This document shows, piece after piece, positions 42,330 to 54,335 of a stretch of 64,000 nucleotides of DNA. Below the pieces are notes generated by a model. It saw nothing but the letters and a program-made list of their open reading frames with translations, ran no database searches and had not been told where the DNA came from. The position numbers were made by a program, and so were the translations under genes. Where the stretch lies: the NCBI GenBank assembly GCA_976226885.1, contig OZ320313.1, forward strand, positions 57,970,001 through 58,034,000, given 5' to 3'. The first letter of the stretch is position 1; every line of letters starts with the position of its first letter. The DNA comes from Iphione sp. A-MEVVRFRX5. Lineage: Eukaryota.

Positions 42330-42830
42330 GCCGTCAACGTTTCTGTGCTTCCACTTCTCAATTTGCACCACAGGAGCTTTGACTTGATTTATCTGCTGCA
42401 ATCCAGGCACAAGCATCAAACCAGCTGTCTTCCCTTTCCCGCCCTTTTGTTGGCCACGTGACACGCTTGCGGCCGATGGAAGGAGACAGGAATCAGCGCC
42501 TCCGGGTAGAACCCAAAGGAACCGAGAATAGACCTTTTCTTCATCAGCGGCCGCCAAGCATGCTCAGGCAGCTCGTAAGGCAATATGGAGACCAAATGAA
42601 AACGTCAAATACAATTTATCAGTAGCATAACAAGAGGAATGGCACTCAAATTGAATAGACAGCCGCTGGTGGCCACGTTAGGTCTTCAGGGAGCCCCCCC
42701 CGGACTTGGTGGAAGAGAGGCAAGTGGCGCCTCTTGTAGTGTACATTTAAAGTGGCAAGCTGACAGCTAATCACCTTCACCGCCAGAGACAGTCTACGGT
42801 AACATGCTGCTAAAATGGCAGCCATCGAAT
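42330..42830 (-). mobile_element. Degenerate tyrosine recombinase fragment (C-terminal half)
   Basis: Ordered RRHLPLFHQVRGG (PLF...G), YSRFLWVLPGGA (YS.HS.R.GGA) and EKWKHRNVDG (GRW.S...DGY). Confidence 0.35.
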
Positions 42831-45800
42831 TGCTCAAGGAGTCCGGAGTGCTGGGCTCGCCCTGTAAGGGCTGCTAGTTCAGGTCTGTTGTGGAAACGTT
42901 CAAGTTTCTGCAATCTAATGCTGACATGGTAGGTAGTGACTTGCTAATACCGAGCATCAATGTGTCCTTTGGACTGTCCATTTGTAAGCGTCGTTTATGA
43001 TACCAGATTAAACTTTCTGCTAAGGCGTCAAAGCTGAGGACGATAGTGTACATGTATTTTTATTAACCCTTCCAAGAAGGCACCTTAAAAAGTAGATGGA
43101 AGTACAGAGGTGTTACCCACTCGGCCCATCCAGCAACATCACTAGTGAAAAGGTTTAGAAAAAACATACTGTTAAGGACGTGATATATTGATTTGCTATG
43201 TTGCTTCCGAGGCACAGCAACCGGTAATTACATGGGGAAATAGAATGAAAAAGATGTATTGAGGAAAGGAACTGCTTGGATAAGCCAATCTGCCTTACAT
43301 ATTTGAACGCAGTGTTTCATCATATGTTAGCATACATACAGCCCCTGAAGAGATTTCCAATCAAATGCTGTTTTTGGCACGCCATGGCGAGTATACGTCA
43401 CGAAATCTCGGCAGGCTGGAAGACAGTGCGAGAGTCTCGCTCCTAGCCTTTTTTGGAGGGGTTAAGCGCATGCGCGTGTAACCTTCCCGCTGGCCCTTGG
43501 CGGACCGGCCCGCTCACAGCTGGGTCCGTTCACAGGGAGGTAGCGGACCGCCAGGGAATAGGTGGCGGCCGGGGAAGAGGGCTAGGGACAGAGGCATGCC
43601 GGATTCTGATTGATATACCCGCCCAGAAGCAATTAAAACAAATGTTTCCCGCGACAAACTAAGTGAATCCCTGTGTGAGTAAGCGGGGGGACGCTACGGC
43701 CGTTCGCCGACTGCGAGGTGCGGCAGGCGAAGGGGATTGGGTGGAGCAGCTAAGATGATGGGGATTTCTGAGTGATAGATGGCCATTTCTGTGGTGGGGG
43801 TCTGGGCGGATACTGACAACACATCAAGGTTATATTCTTTATTGACACGTTGCTTATTAAGGGAGGCAAACTTCAATCTGCCCTCACTATCTCCCATTGT
43901 CGATGATTGATGCTTGCTATTCCAAGCGTTTACCCACATATAGCTATTATGAGAACACAAACGCTTCTGTGCATATGAAAGGAGCACGGAATTAAAGGAC
44001 AGCAAAATTATTTATGGGAATAGCCGTTGATGTAAATGACCCTCTGTTTGTACAATCTTTTTTTGCTTGATTTCGAATGGCTTACCTAGTACAAACCTAT
44101 GTTTTGTAGCAAAATCAGTTAAGAGGAAATTGTTTGTAGTATTAAATAATTTCCTTCTTTCGCATTATTTTTCCGAGGAACAGGGGTCCATGACCAAATA
44201 CATACAATAAATGCGTCTTTATAAAGACTTTAACTGCATTTCTCTGCTTTGTCTGTCGTTCCTATCATACCTTAATATAAATATATGGACTTACATATGT
44301 ACATACAAGTATGGTCAATTATTTCGATGATAAAATATTTGGTATACTCACATTCCCATCTGCAAATATACTAAAACGAAACGTACAACCTTTTAAAACT
44401 CATTCGAGCTCTGGTTACATAGTTACACAACAATGCAAAAGTACATGAACCAGAGATATATGTCTTCCGAATGCCCCGAATCTTCCAAATTGAATTTGAA
44501 TAGAGGAATAATTTATGTAGTTTAAATGCGACTGGTGCGACACCCTCCCCTCGCCATCAGGCGTTCACAGTGAAGGTATGGGACGTATTGTAGATTTCAA
44601 TGAAGTAAACTGACTGCTGTAGATTGAAATATTTAGAAACATACGCCTGCTATGGACTGAAATGAGTGCCGCATTCCTCATCGTGCTTTTTCGTAGTCAT
44701 GAGCGTCTTGCCGGCGTCATCACGGCTGACAATTTTCAGTCATCTTCCATTAGGTTGAATCTTCGTTGGATTGTACTTCACTTTCGGAGTTTGAAATTAG
44801 ACGACAGTTTCTTCGTCGTTGCTTAATTGACAAGAAAGAAATGTGCCGATGATATTAGCATGTTTTCTTTGAAAAACTCTTAATGGTTTATAATAATATT
44901 ATATGAAATTATCTTATATTAATGTAAATATTTGACAGGACACAGATTCTGCTGTCGTGTGAAGTAAATCGTATCAGATGTGAATAAAGACTTATGAAGA
45001 AGTCTTAACGTTATGCAGGCGAAGAAAGAGGTTGCAATCAAAGCAAAAAGAAAACCTTCTTAGCGAGGTTATGAAACTCCCTCTTTCCCATCTTCCTGTC
45101 TTCTCCACTTGAATCGTAGGCCTTTATGCACTGTTCTTTGGCATTTTTACATATTAAAGCTCTGCTACTAGACGACCTCGTATGGATGCATATATGTCTT
45201 AACATCGGCGAAAGGTTGCCAATGATACAATATCTGAATGTCATAGCTATCGCCTGGCAGCATCTAGTCGACATATTGATAATACATATTCGTGGATAGA
45301 CAGAGTTCTTTCCTTGTATTTATCTGAACACAATGGCAGAACAATACCGAAATGCAACGAAACGAATATCTCCAACCTACCTATCATAATATACTGCCCT
45401 CGAAATCTCGTCTTGCACTAACTGTTCAACCTTCGCATCGTTTAGCTGAGGCGTTTTCCGTTGTGTTCGGGTTACCCGAGCATGACTGACCCCAAAAGAA
45501 AGCTTAGCTCGCTCTCGAACACCTAGTACTAACTTTGTTAAAATTTTACGTGTGTAAGACACGGGTGCAAAACATGACTGCGCATGTGGCGTAAGCTTTA
45601 AGTAATGGTACTGTAAACGTATGTCATATTTCCTCATGTAACCAGAAATGACTGTCAAATACTATATGAAATATTGCATCTTCATTTTATCCCACTATCC
45701 TGATGCCCTTCTTTTTTTCTGTTCACTATTATTGTAAAAAAGTCAACGGCTCCATCATGTGCTGTTGGGTGAACAAAGAAAATATCATAGGCTGTTGAAA

Positions 45801-47826
45801 TGTAATGGTGCCGAAGGGAGAACAAGGCAGAACCGTTTGCTTTGAAATTACCAGCTTTCGCACCGACACAAACCAAACCAGTGTCAAAGCACAATTTTCC
45901 TAACCTTCTTACGAGGAGAACAACTAATAACGGAAATGAGATCAGGTCCAATAGAACTGGAGTCTTTTGCCTTTATACTATGTGCCAGGCATTTTAAACA
46001 TAAAACACATAATGCATCGCACGCGCCCTGCCCGAACTGCCGAAACCGTGAAATCCTGGCACCTACGAAAACTCGTAATGCACATTCGCATGTGCGTCTA
46101 TATACATTTACGAAGAATGGTCGACATTTTCATTTGACACATTTTGAAACAACAGGGACAAAAGGACTAATCAACTTTTCAACACTGTCGAAACTTTAAT
46201 GATGCCACAAAGAAGTCGTGCCTTACAGTAATCAACGTTTATACATATATGAAACTGGAATGAAACCCTGAGACAAACGTCAAATCAATAGGAAATTGTA
46301 GTAATTGAGAGTTGGCTGTAGTTTACAGTGTCATCTACATGTAGTAAGCAATATTGCTAACCACTTGTGCTTTTGTTGCCCATGGTGCGACTACGTTCCT
46401 GATGTTGTGTCATTAAGACCAGAATATTAGTGGTTATTCTTACCAGGGGCAGCCCACCCCTCAGTGAAAATTACAATCAAATTATCGGATGATCAAGCCT
46501 GTCGCCACATCAACGTCGGTAATCCCAAACCAAACCCTACACACAGGCAGGATCCACTCCCATATATTAGCATACATGTGAACCGCACCTAGTTTACCAG
46601 GAGTTTCTGTTTAGTTAATGGCGTATTGGACACGGCGGTTGGTCGGGTCGGATTGGAAGGGGTGGGGGCTTAGGGCTATTGTAGGCGATGGGCAAGCCAG
46701 TGTTTGTAACCGCCGGCGTGATACGACCAGGCACTTGGCAGATGAGGAGGGTGAAGTCAGTAGGGATTTGTTGAGGGCGACCAGGTTTGAATGTCCAACT
46801 GACATAATATCAAGTCTGATTTAATGCGACATGTTGGGCACTGGTATGGCCGAATAGGCCACATCATCTCTTGGTTTCCCCGCACCCGGGCTGGGGCCGC
46901 GACGGCCGAACGTGGCGATAAAGTGGACAGAAGGAATCACTCCCTTGCCAAACAGAGTGAGGGTCGTCCCCAATAAAGCAACGTGAGGCTGCAGGCGAGC
47001 CATAAAGAGGCGGCCTATCAGCCCACCACCAGCATCGTCGACACCGCTGGCCGTAGTCGACAAGCATGACAAGTTTCATGGCGCGAGAGTGCATCTGCTC
47101 CATACTAACGCCTACTCAAACTCTCCGTCTTTTCGTCTCAGCTACGGGACCGGAGCGATAGAATGAGTGCTGCTGTTGTCAAAACTGTTACCAAAAAGTC
47201 ATTCAGTTAAGATGAAAGCGGCACATGAGAAATTGCCTTCATTTGCATGCACTGTTAATCGTCCTGAAGAATATCGTGGGTGCGTGAGTCAATGTTTAAT
47301 ATTTTCGAAATGATGCTTTTAACGGTAAGAAGTGAAATACACAATTTACATATACATGCACAAAACGCAGACAAGTTTTCATCACCAACAGTGATGAAGA
47401 TGACTAGACAACCAAGCACCACCTGCCACACAAACAGGTCAAACTATATAAGTAGAGGGAACAGCAAATGATGCATATTTCCCTTGCAGTCGTTATGTTA
47501 AAAATATCATTTTTACAAAACCACACTAAATATAACACACAGAAGCATAATTGCACACCATAAAAAGAAATCGCACCATAAAGCAATCTCCTCTTAAGCA
47601 GCCAGTCTTCCAAAACTCAATACTACTTTCACCTTCATCTCTTTTGCGATGTATGAAAATAAAAAAAGCTCGAGGGAAACTAAGCAAAAATAAAAAAAGC
47701 ATTCTATCATCTTATTGTTATTAATGAAACAAAAAGCGAGTAAGTATTAAACCGGTTTGCTCCCTAATGAGGTCACACAACTTCGTTTTGAAAGGCAGTA
47801 GAAACTGAGCAGAAGAAATAATGTCC

Positions 47827-47842
47827 TGATTAAATACATGTA
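47827..47842. repeat. Target-site duplication, left copy (TGATTAAATACATGTA)
   Basis: Exact 16-bp match to 50280-50295, immediately flanking the PLE. Confidence 0.88.
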
Positions 47843-47872
47843 ATTGAAGAAGATGTGGCAAACGTGTGTGCT

Positions 47873-48100
47873 CGGTGCTACCGTGTCAGCTGTGCTTCAA
47901 GTGAGTGAAACAGTTGGGAAAGAACCCAGTTGTCAGGGAGAGGAGAACATGCAGCATGGGTTGTTGTGGTAACTTTTCCATGGCCATTGTGATGTCATGA
48001 AAACAATTAGATATTTGTTTTTGGGTGACAATTATTAATCCTGATATGTGTATCAAGATCACAATTTACAGTTTCGATGTTGTTGTCTCATCAGGCACCA
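47873..48100 (-). ncRNA. Candidate type I minimal hammerhead ribozyme with a ~180-nt insert in stem III
   Basis: Minus strand reads UGGUGC-CUGAUGA (48094-48088)-GA caacaaca UC-GAAA-CUGU ... ACG-GUA (47881-47879)-GCACCG. Stem I is 6 bp, stem II 2 bp and stem III 5 bp, with a GUA cleavage triplet. Minimal hammerheads in PLE terminal repeats are established knowledge. Confidence 0.6.
47890..48069 (-). other. Candidate GT-AG spliceosomal intron inside the hammerhead
   Basis: Donor GTAAAT at 48069, branch-like CTGAC at 47936-47932, pyrimidine runs TTCTTTCCC and TTTCACTCACTT, acceptor CAG ending at 47890 (alternative AAG ending at 47895). There is no transcript evidence. Confidence 0.4.
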
Positions 48101-48421
48101 TTATTTTTATGTTTTAGTTTGACATTTGATCACGGTGTCAGCCAAGATGGCTGATCTTGACACAGTGTTTCAGGTAGTAGGCAGAGTGTCTTGCCAGGTG
48201 TACCTCAGGCTGACTGGGTGTCTATGGCCACTGCGGGGGGACTGGGGGTCCCAAATATTTAGGCTATGGGGCCTGTTTCGGCCTGCGTTACCTCAATTTT
48301 GGGTTGAGGATGCGGCAGGTTTCAAATGTCTGGCACCCACTCATGGGTGTCGCTCCCTGGAGTGCCTTAAGTCAGTCAGGGGCTTTCCACTGGAGGTAAG
48401 GGTCAATTTTTGTAAACGAGG

Positions 48422-50257
48422 CTATGTCCAGTGGTGTCCCCGATCTGATGAAGCGCTCTGGTTGAAGGTGGCATCCATGACGTTCAGGCCCATGGGTGCC
48501 ACCGTGTTCAGTCGGTGGATCCAATTATGCTCAATTAGATCTCGTAGCTTTTTTGCCCGTACAGTGTCCGGTTTCACATATACAAAGTCTACTACATGTA
48601 TTTCGACGTCTGCGATTCCCCGGTGATCGCTGTCGTTGAAGTGGTCACCAACGATTGACGTACCTGAGTTACGTTTGATATTCCCAAAGTGTCCTTGGAA
48701 TCTATCCATCAAACGATTTTTAGTCTGGCCCACGTATTGGAGGCCACATCTAGTGCATGTCATACAGTAGATGAGATTGGAACTTTTGCAACAAACATTG
48801 GTTTTTGTTGCATAAGTTCGTTTGTTGTATGTGCTTTGAATACGTCCGGATTTGTTGATTTTCGGACAGTATCTGCACATGCGTGTAGTACATTTATTCA
48901 AGACAGGTTTCGGTTTGTCTTTGGGTCGTTGCGGTACTTTAGCTTTTACCAGCAGATCTCTGAGGTTCTTTGGGCGTCGGAGGCCACAAATGAAACCCCC
49001 TTTGTGTATGTTGTGTGTTGCACAGGAGTGGCCTAATAGGTCCCAGTTGTCTGTTACACCTTGCTTTGGGCCGTTGAATGATGGGTGGAAGGTTGTCACT
49101 AAGATGTTTTCATCCTTCGCTGTTTCATTGCGCTTGTTGGTTGATAAGAGGTCCGTGCGTGACAAGTTTCGGGCCTTATCGTACGCGTCAAATACTAGGT
49201 CAGGCAGGTATCCTCTCCGGACGAAGGCTCTCCCCAGTTTGATGGCCGAATCAGTGAAGTCCTCATCCCTACTGCAAATGCATCTAATGCGTAAGTATTG
49301 ACCAAAAGGGATGCCCCGCTTGCAATGGAGTGGATGACAGGATGAGTATGGCAGTTAGTTGAAGCCGTCGGTTGCTGTATGAAAGACCTTCGACATCAAT
49401 TTGCCATTTGGTCCCACATAGACTGTGGTGTCTAGGTAGTCTATTGAATTTGTGGAGTTTTGCATAGTGAATTTAATGCTCGGGTGGCATGAGTTCATAT
49501 GTTCCAAAAATTCTCTCAGTGTGTCTTCGCCGTGTGTCCAGATGGCGAAGACATCGTCTATGTAGCGGTACCATACCAGTGGTTGGAGGTGGTAGGTGTA
49601 GACGTGTTGTTCTTCAAAGTGCGACATGAAGAGGTTGGCATACGTGGGTGCGACTCGGGTACCCATTGCCGTTCCTGATACTTGCAGATAATGGTTGCCA
49701 TTAAATCTGAAGTTATTCATTTTGAGTACCATGCTTAGTAGCTGGCAGATGCTTTCATTTTGCAAACTGCATTGTTTGTCAGCATTATGGTTTGTCAGCT
49801 GTTGCAGTATCGCTGCTATCCCTCCCTCATGTGGGATATTGGTGTACAGCGAGGTCACGTCCATGGTGCACAAGATTGCATCTTTGGGCAGCATTGGTTG
49901 TGACTCTATCTTGTTGAGGAAGTCAGTTGTGTCCTTGAGATAGGACTTGACAGTCCTCATTAGGGGTCTTAACAAAATATCCACTAGTGCAGATATTTTT
50001 TCCATTGGGCTACCATTGGCGGATACAATCGGTCTGCCTGGTGGAGGATTGATACCCTTATGTATCTTTGGTAGTAGATAGAACTCTGCGGTGCGTGGTT
50101 CTTTTGTTAGCAATTTCGGGAGTAGATTTACTGGTATCTCTCCTGAAGCGGCTAATGCAGACAGGAAGGCATTGATTTTTTCCATGTGTACACTGGTTAG
50201 ATCAGTGTCCACTTCCCAGTAAAATTGAGGGTCCTCTAACTGTTTGGTCCCCTCTTT
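48422..50257 (-). pseudogene. PLE polyprotein (RT + thumb + Cys linker + GIY-YIG endonuclease), N-terminally truncated, single premature stop
   Basis: RT motifs: FYLLPKIHK, PGRPIVS, SYLKDTTDFL, TMDVTSLYTNIPH, QVSGTAMGTRVAPTYANLFM, WYRYIDDVF (YIDD at 49553-49564). After a TAA at 49355-49357 (FN*LPYSSCHP, probably from TAC Tyr) the same frame continues to NLIYCMTCTRCGLQYVGQTKNRLMDRFQGH and EHNWIHRLNTVAPMGLN. Listed ORFs 49355-50212 and 48422-49165 share a frame (offset 192 nt). Confidence 0.92.
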
Positions 50258-50258
50258 G

Positions 50259-50279
50259 AAAAAAAAAAAAAAAAAAAAA
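50259..50279 (+). repeat. A21 homopolymer (T21 in element sense) at the PLE 5' truncation junction
   Basis: Read directly; it lies between the last RT-like codons (KEGTKQLEDPQFY) and the TSD. Confidence 0.9.
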
Positions 50280-50295
50280 TGATTAAATACATGTA
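50280..50295. repeat. Target-site duplication, right copy (TGATTAAATACATGTA)
   Basis: Exact 16-bp match to 47827-47842, directly after the A21 tract. Confidence 0.88.
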
Positions 50296-53200
50296 CTCCA
50301 GTTTATGTGGCAGAATATAAGCTCCTTGTATACAGAGACCGCCAATATAGGTTTAAAGGGAAGGAACTGTTCAAATTAACGTTATGATATACAGGATGCC
50401 ATTTCACTGGTCAATATAGGATTGGTCAATATGAATTAACTGTAGTTTCCAAAGAGAAGCGGATAGCATATTCAATCTGAGGACCTCTCCCTTAGCACGG
50501 GGACTTTAATTCTGACGGCACATTTTCGTTGATGGTAAAACACACACTGTGTTTTCATGGACGGCGTCGTCTTTTGTGTGTGATAAAAAGCTATGGCTTA
50601 AATGTCGTTTTGCATCAGATATGAGCATTTAACAACGCCGTAAATCTCGGGCTATAATCCACCCTCACAACGACAGCCAATCCTTGCACAGTTCTTCCAA
50701 TCACAGGGTCTTTGTTCATGCTATATGCAAATGAACCTCGATGTGGCCTCTAAATCACGTGATTATATTGCCTAGGTTACGGTAGCTCGTAATCTTGCCA
50801 TCCGAGCTAATCTCATCATGGATCAACTTATGCGGGGCGAAATGAACACCACATAAACTACATTTGAATTATCTTCAGCAAAATAAATTGCGAATGGTAG
50901 GTACATAAGAGTATACAATTGTACTTATCTGAGGGAGGGGCGCCCTTTCAAGCATCGAAGTGTGAGCAGTAAGTTATCTTTTACTGAAGAATCCCATATC
51001 AGTGATGGGGAAAAAGAAGGTCACTGAGCTCATTATGAGCTTGGTAAAGCTCAGAATGAAGTCTTTGTGGTAATAGCTAATGACTGGAGGTAACCTCGTT
51101 CACCTTCACATTGTGCTAATGATGGCCAAAGGGAAGTTATTTTAAAGCTTCCCTTGAAGTAATATAGATTAGGAATATTGATATATCCATGAGAATGACA
51201 TTTCGTGTTAAGCATCTTCGTAAAAGACCGACTCTCATTAAGTTTTGTTAGTTTCTGTGTATCTGTGTGTACAGCAGGGGGCATCATAGTTTAAATCGTA
51301 CAGAACATAAATGTCAGAACACACACTGCATTCTGGCATTTACGGAATGTATGATGTATGTATCAACTTAATGTATTGAAAGACAAAAGTGAAAGGAACT
51401 TTAACCTTGAGGAACATTTTCAAGTAGTTATTAACTGTATATTATGCCATGTAACCGTATTCATATATGGGTAGAATCGATATAAAATGATGTCAATCAA
51501 ATAATTATATATTTTTTGTATTGATCTGTCTTACGTAAAGGTTTATTTTGTCAACAATAAGTCAGCTAAATGGGTTTCATATTCAAGTAATTGGCGTTAA
51601 GAAGCGAAACAACTCATCATGCACTGGCTTAATTATCATGAGTTTCAAAAATGAGCTTGAACAAAGTCTGCATAAAAGATTTTGCTACTCAATAAAGAAT
51701 TCAAACTGACAAGATCTTACACGTACCGCAACTAAATTCTTGCATGTCATATAGCGACACTATTTGTGTGTCATCTGAAGTGGCCCCTTTGGTTCTACCG
51801 GAGGTCCTTTGATACACTAAGTTTAGGTACATTTGTTAAGCCCTTAGCAGTACCACCTTATCAACATGCCATTCTTCAGTCAGGATACGTCGACGAGGAA
51901 AGCGCCCGACCGTGCCGTAAGAGCCTGGCTTCTCTTAGTAAGGCACGACACATGTGCCACCGTTCTTATCCCCCATCCTCGCTCATCGACCAAGACCAAC
52001 GTGACTTGACTGGGCAAGAGCCTGCCATGTCTTTACAGCTCCCTCTGTGACATAGCTCACGGCTTAATCCTGCCTGCCGCACGTCTTCAGGCGACCAGGG
52101 ATCACCAACACGGCCGCCAGGTGGCCACGATCTTACTTCCGGCCGAGGCAGTGCATGGAGCGCTGCCATCGATGGTGATGCCACGTGTTCGGGTGACGAT
52201 AAAGAGTGCGCATGCCTGTGCAGACACACGTGTTTCCCCTTACGGTCAAGAGCCCCAGACCTGTGTACAGCCTAGGTGTAGCTGCTCTTCAGTTTCATGC
52301 CTGAATGGTTGCACGGTAACGGCTGTAGTAAACGTAGTGTAAGAGACCACTTACTGGCCGGATGTACCCCGGTACGGCCTTCGGAATTTATCGAGGCCTA
52401 TCAAGAGTGTGGGTTCAGGGTACGTGAGCTTCCATCTGCCTGTGATATCAAGTGAAGGGTTATGGTGATGGTACCGAGTAAAACGATGTCACTGTCATGG
52501 TGGGAACACGACAGACATAGCTGGAACAGAAAAAAAACGTACACGGTCCAGCAACACAATTTCACACGATTGTTAATCGCCTGTTGGTAAATGAGAACAT
52601 ATTGAGTCGGATCATGAGTTTTGGCGGTCAGTTCCTTTTACATCGTATTAATCTGATGGTCATGAGCGGATCTCTGACCTGCAAGGAAACAAGTCTTACC
52701 AACCTTGGCACTTACCACATAAGATCAGAATTCGTGAATCTGCTCTCTATAGCTAGTTACCTATGCATAAATCGTTTCTTCATACAGGATTTGATACCTT
52801 AGGATTCTCTAATAGTGCTGTTATTACCATCTTCTATAGCGCAAGTCTAATCCATCCCATTATAGGCATATTATTTCGATGAGTGTGCCGCTTCCTATGG
52901 TATCTTACCCGCCGACAAGTCTCTGCCTATTGAGGTCATTAGCTTCATTTTCTAGGGCTCGGCCAAATATCTTCGATTTCACAAAGCCTGTTGATAGCAC
53001 GTCCGAGCTCCTCAGCCTTCAATCTCCACGCCATCAATAAGTTACTCTCTAACTTTCCTCTACTGGTAGCGCCGCCTCCCTACTCATATCCCATCCACGG
53101 GCTTATAATAATGCTGCAAAAGCTGCTCGTCCGTCTCGTTGCCTCATGAGCAACTCCCCGTCGCCTTGTTCCCTAAGAGGCATGGAAACAGAGGCGGAGA

Positions 53201-54321
53201 GAGAACAGGCCTTTCTGCTTACTGCTTTCTGCCATATCATCTTTGTCACACCCTATCAGGTTGAAGATACGCCCTTTAGGAGATGCTCCCATAGTTATTT
53301 GAGAAGCTGGCATTGGCATTACGAAATGTTGACAGTGTAACTCATCACCTGGATGGCTAAAGAGATTATTTCTGAGAGCGCATATCCTACAGATTCGTTC
53401 CTATTCTTCACAGGTACGTTCTAAGCTTCGCTAGGCAGTTCCACTTAAAACCATAATCATATTTATAACAATAGTAATAATTGCTTGCGACATTAATAAA
53501 CTATTACTGACAATGCTTAAGTACTGTTGGGATGTGATGTCTTTTAATTTTTATCATATTACAAACCTGATGCAAAATAAAAAGCAACATGAAGTGTGCA
53601 CTCAATGTAAGTTTTCGGAACATACCTTGGCTGCTAGATGAATTATTTTTCAATGTGGGGTGAAAGGTGATAGTTTGTGACTCCCAGTCTTCAGGGGCCT
53701 GTCATAAATAGGTGACGTCAGACAAAACAGGAAGGCGATTACGTCCTTTGGTGAAGTCGCGAAAATAGATCCTTTTTGATGATGGACTAAAACGAGAGGG
53801 TCACTTTCTTAGATATGAATTTCTTTGAATTTCAGTTTCTGGGGTTCTTTTACAAGTTTCTGACTCAAAGTGAATTTACAGATCGGCTAAATGTAGTAAG
53901 GTCTTCCTCTGTTCACTTTTACGTGCACAGCAACAAAAGTGTTGCACAGTGTGAAGGAATGGTTCGCATCCGGTAATAGGACAAATGAAAGCACGAAGAG
54001 CGTAGGCTACTTAATTATTCAGTTTATCAGGAAACGGAAGAGGCTTTCAGTGTGATAAGTAACATTTTACGTAACGAATCTACATGGATATACAAATACC
54101 GAAATTGAGATTCTTTGTATCCCAAGCGAGATTAGTACGTTCGTTGTTTGGTGTATTTGGGCCTAATACCTTCCTCTCTGAAGTGTCCTTCTTAACACAA
54201 ACAAGCATAAGTGGAGAAACGGAAACGGTAGCGTCGAAGGACTTGCGGCCCTTTTTAGCTAACTGGCATTGTCATAGAAACGCAGCCATTACGTCCGATA
54301 GCTGTAATCTCCCAAGTTCAC

Positions 54322-54335
54322 GTTGCCATGGCAAC
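54322..54335. promoter_or_regulatory. Perfect palindromic RFX X-box GTTGCCATGGCAAC
   Basis: Exact match to the known X-box consensus; function not shown. Confidence 0.45.

Larger units (their letters stand above)
47843..50279 (-). mobile_element. Penelope-like retroelement (C-terminal GIY-YIG, Neptune-like architecture), 5'-truncated recent insertion
   Basis: RT and GIY-YIG lie in one frame, followed by about 580 nt of 3' terminal sequence containing a hammerhead core. A perfect 16-bp direct repeat TGATTAAATACATGTA flanks it at 47827-47842 and 50280-50295. The Neptune-like assignment rests on the CTTRMCRYC linker and C-terminal endonuclease, not on a phylogeny. Confidence 0.93.

Noticed and set aside
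48445-48460. CTGATGAAG on the plus strand as a second hammerhead
   Set aside because: No GAAA or stem partners follow; it is the antisense of the coding end.
48126-48626. 166-aa plus-strand ORF, and similar ORFs at 48689-49301 and 49695-49943
   Set aside because: Antisense shadows of the PLE coding and UTR sequence with no independent homology.
49355-49357. Programmed readthrough or selenocysteine at the internal stop
   Set aside because: The codon is TAA at a position where Tyr (TAC) fits the motif, so a point mutation is the simpler explanation.
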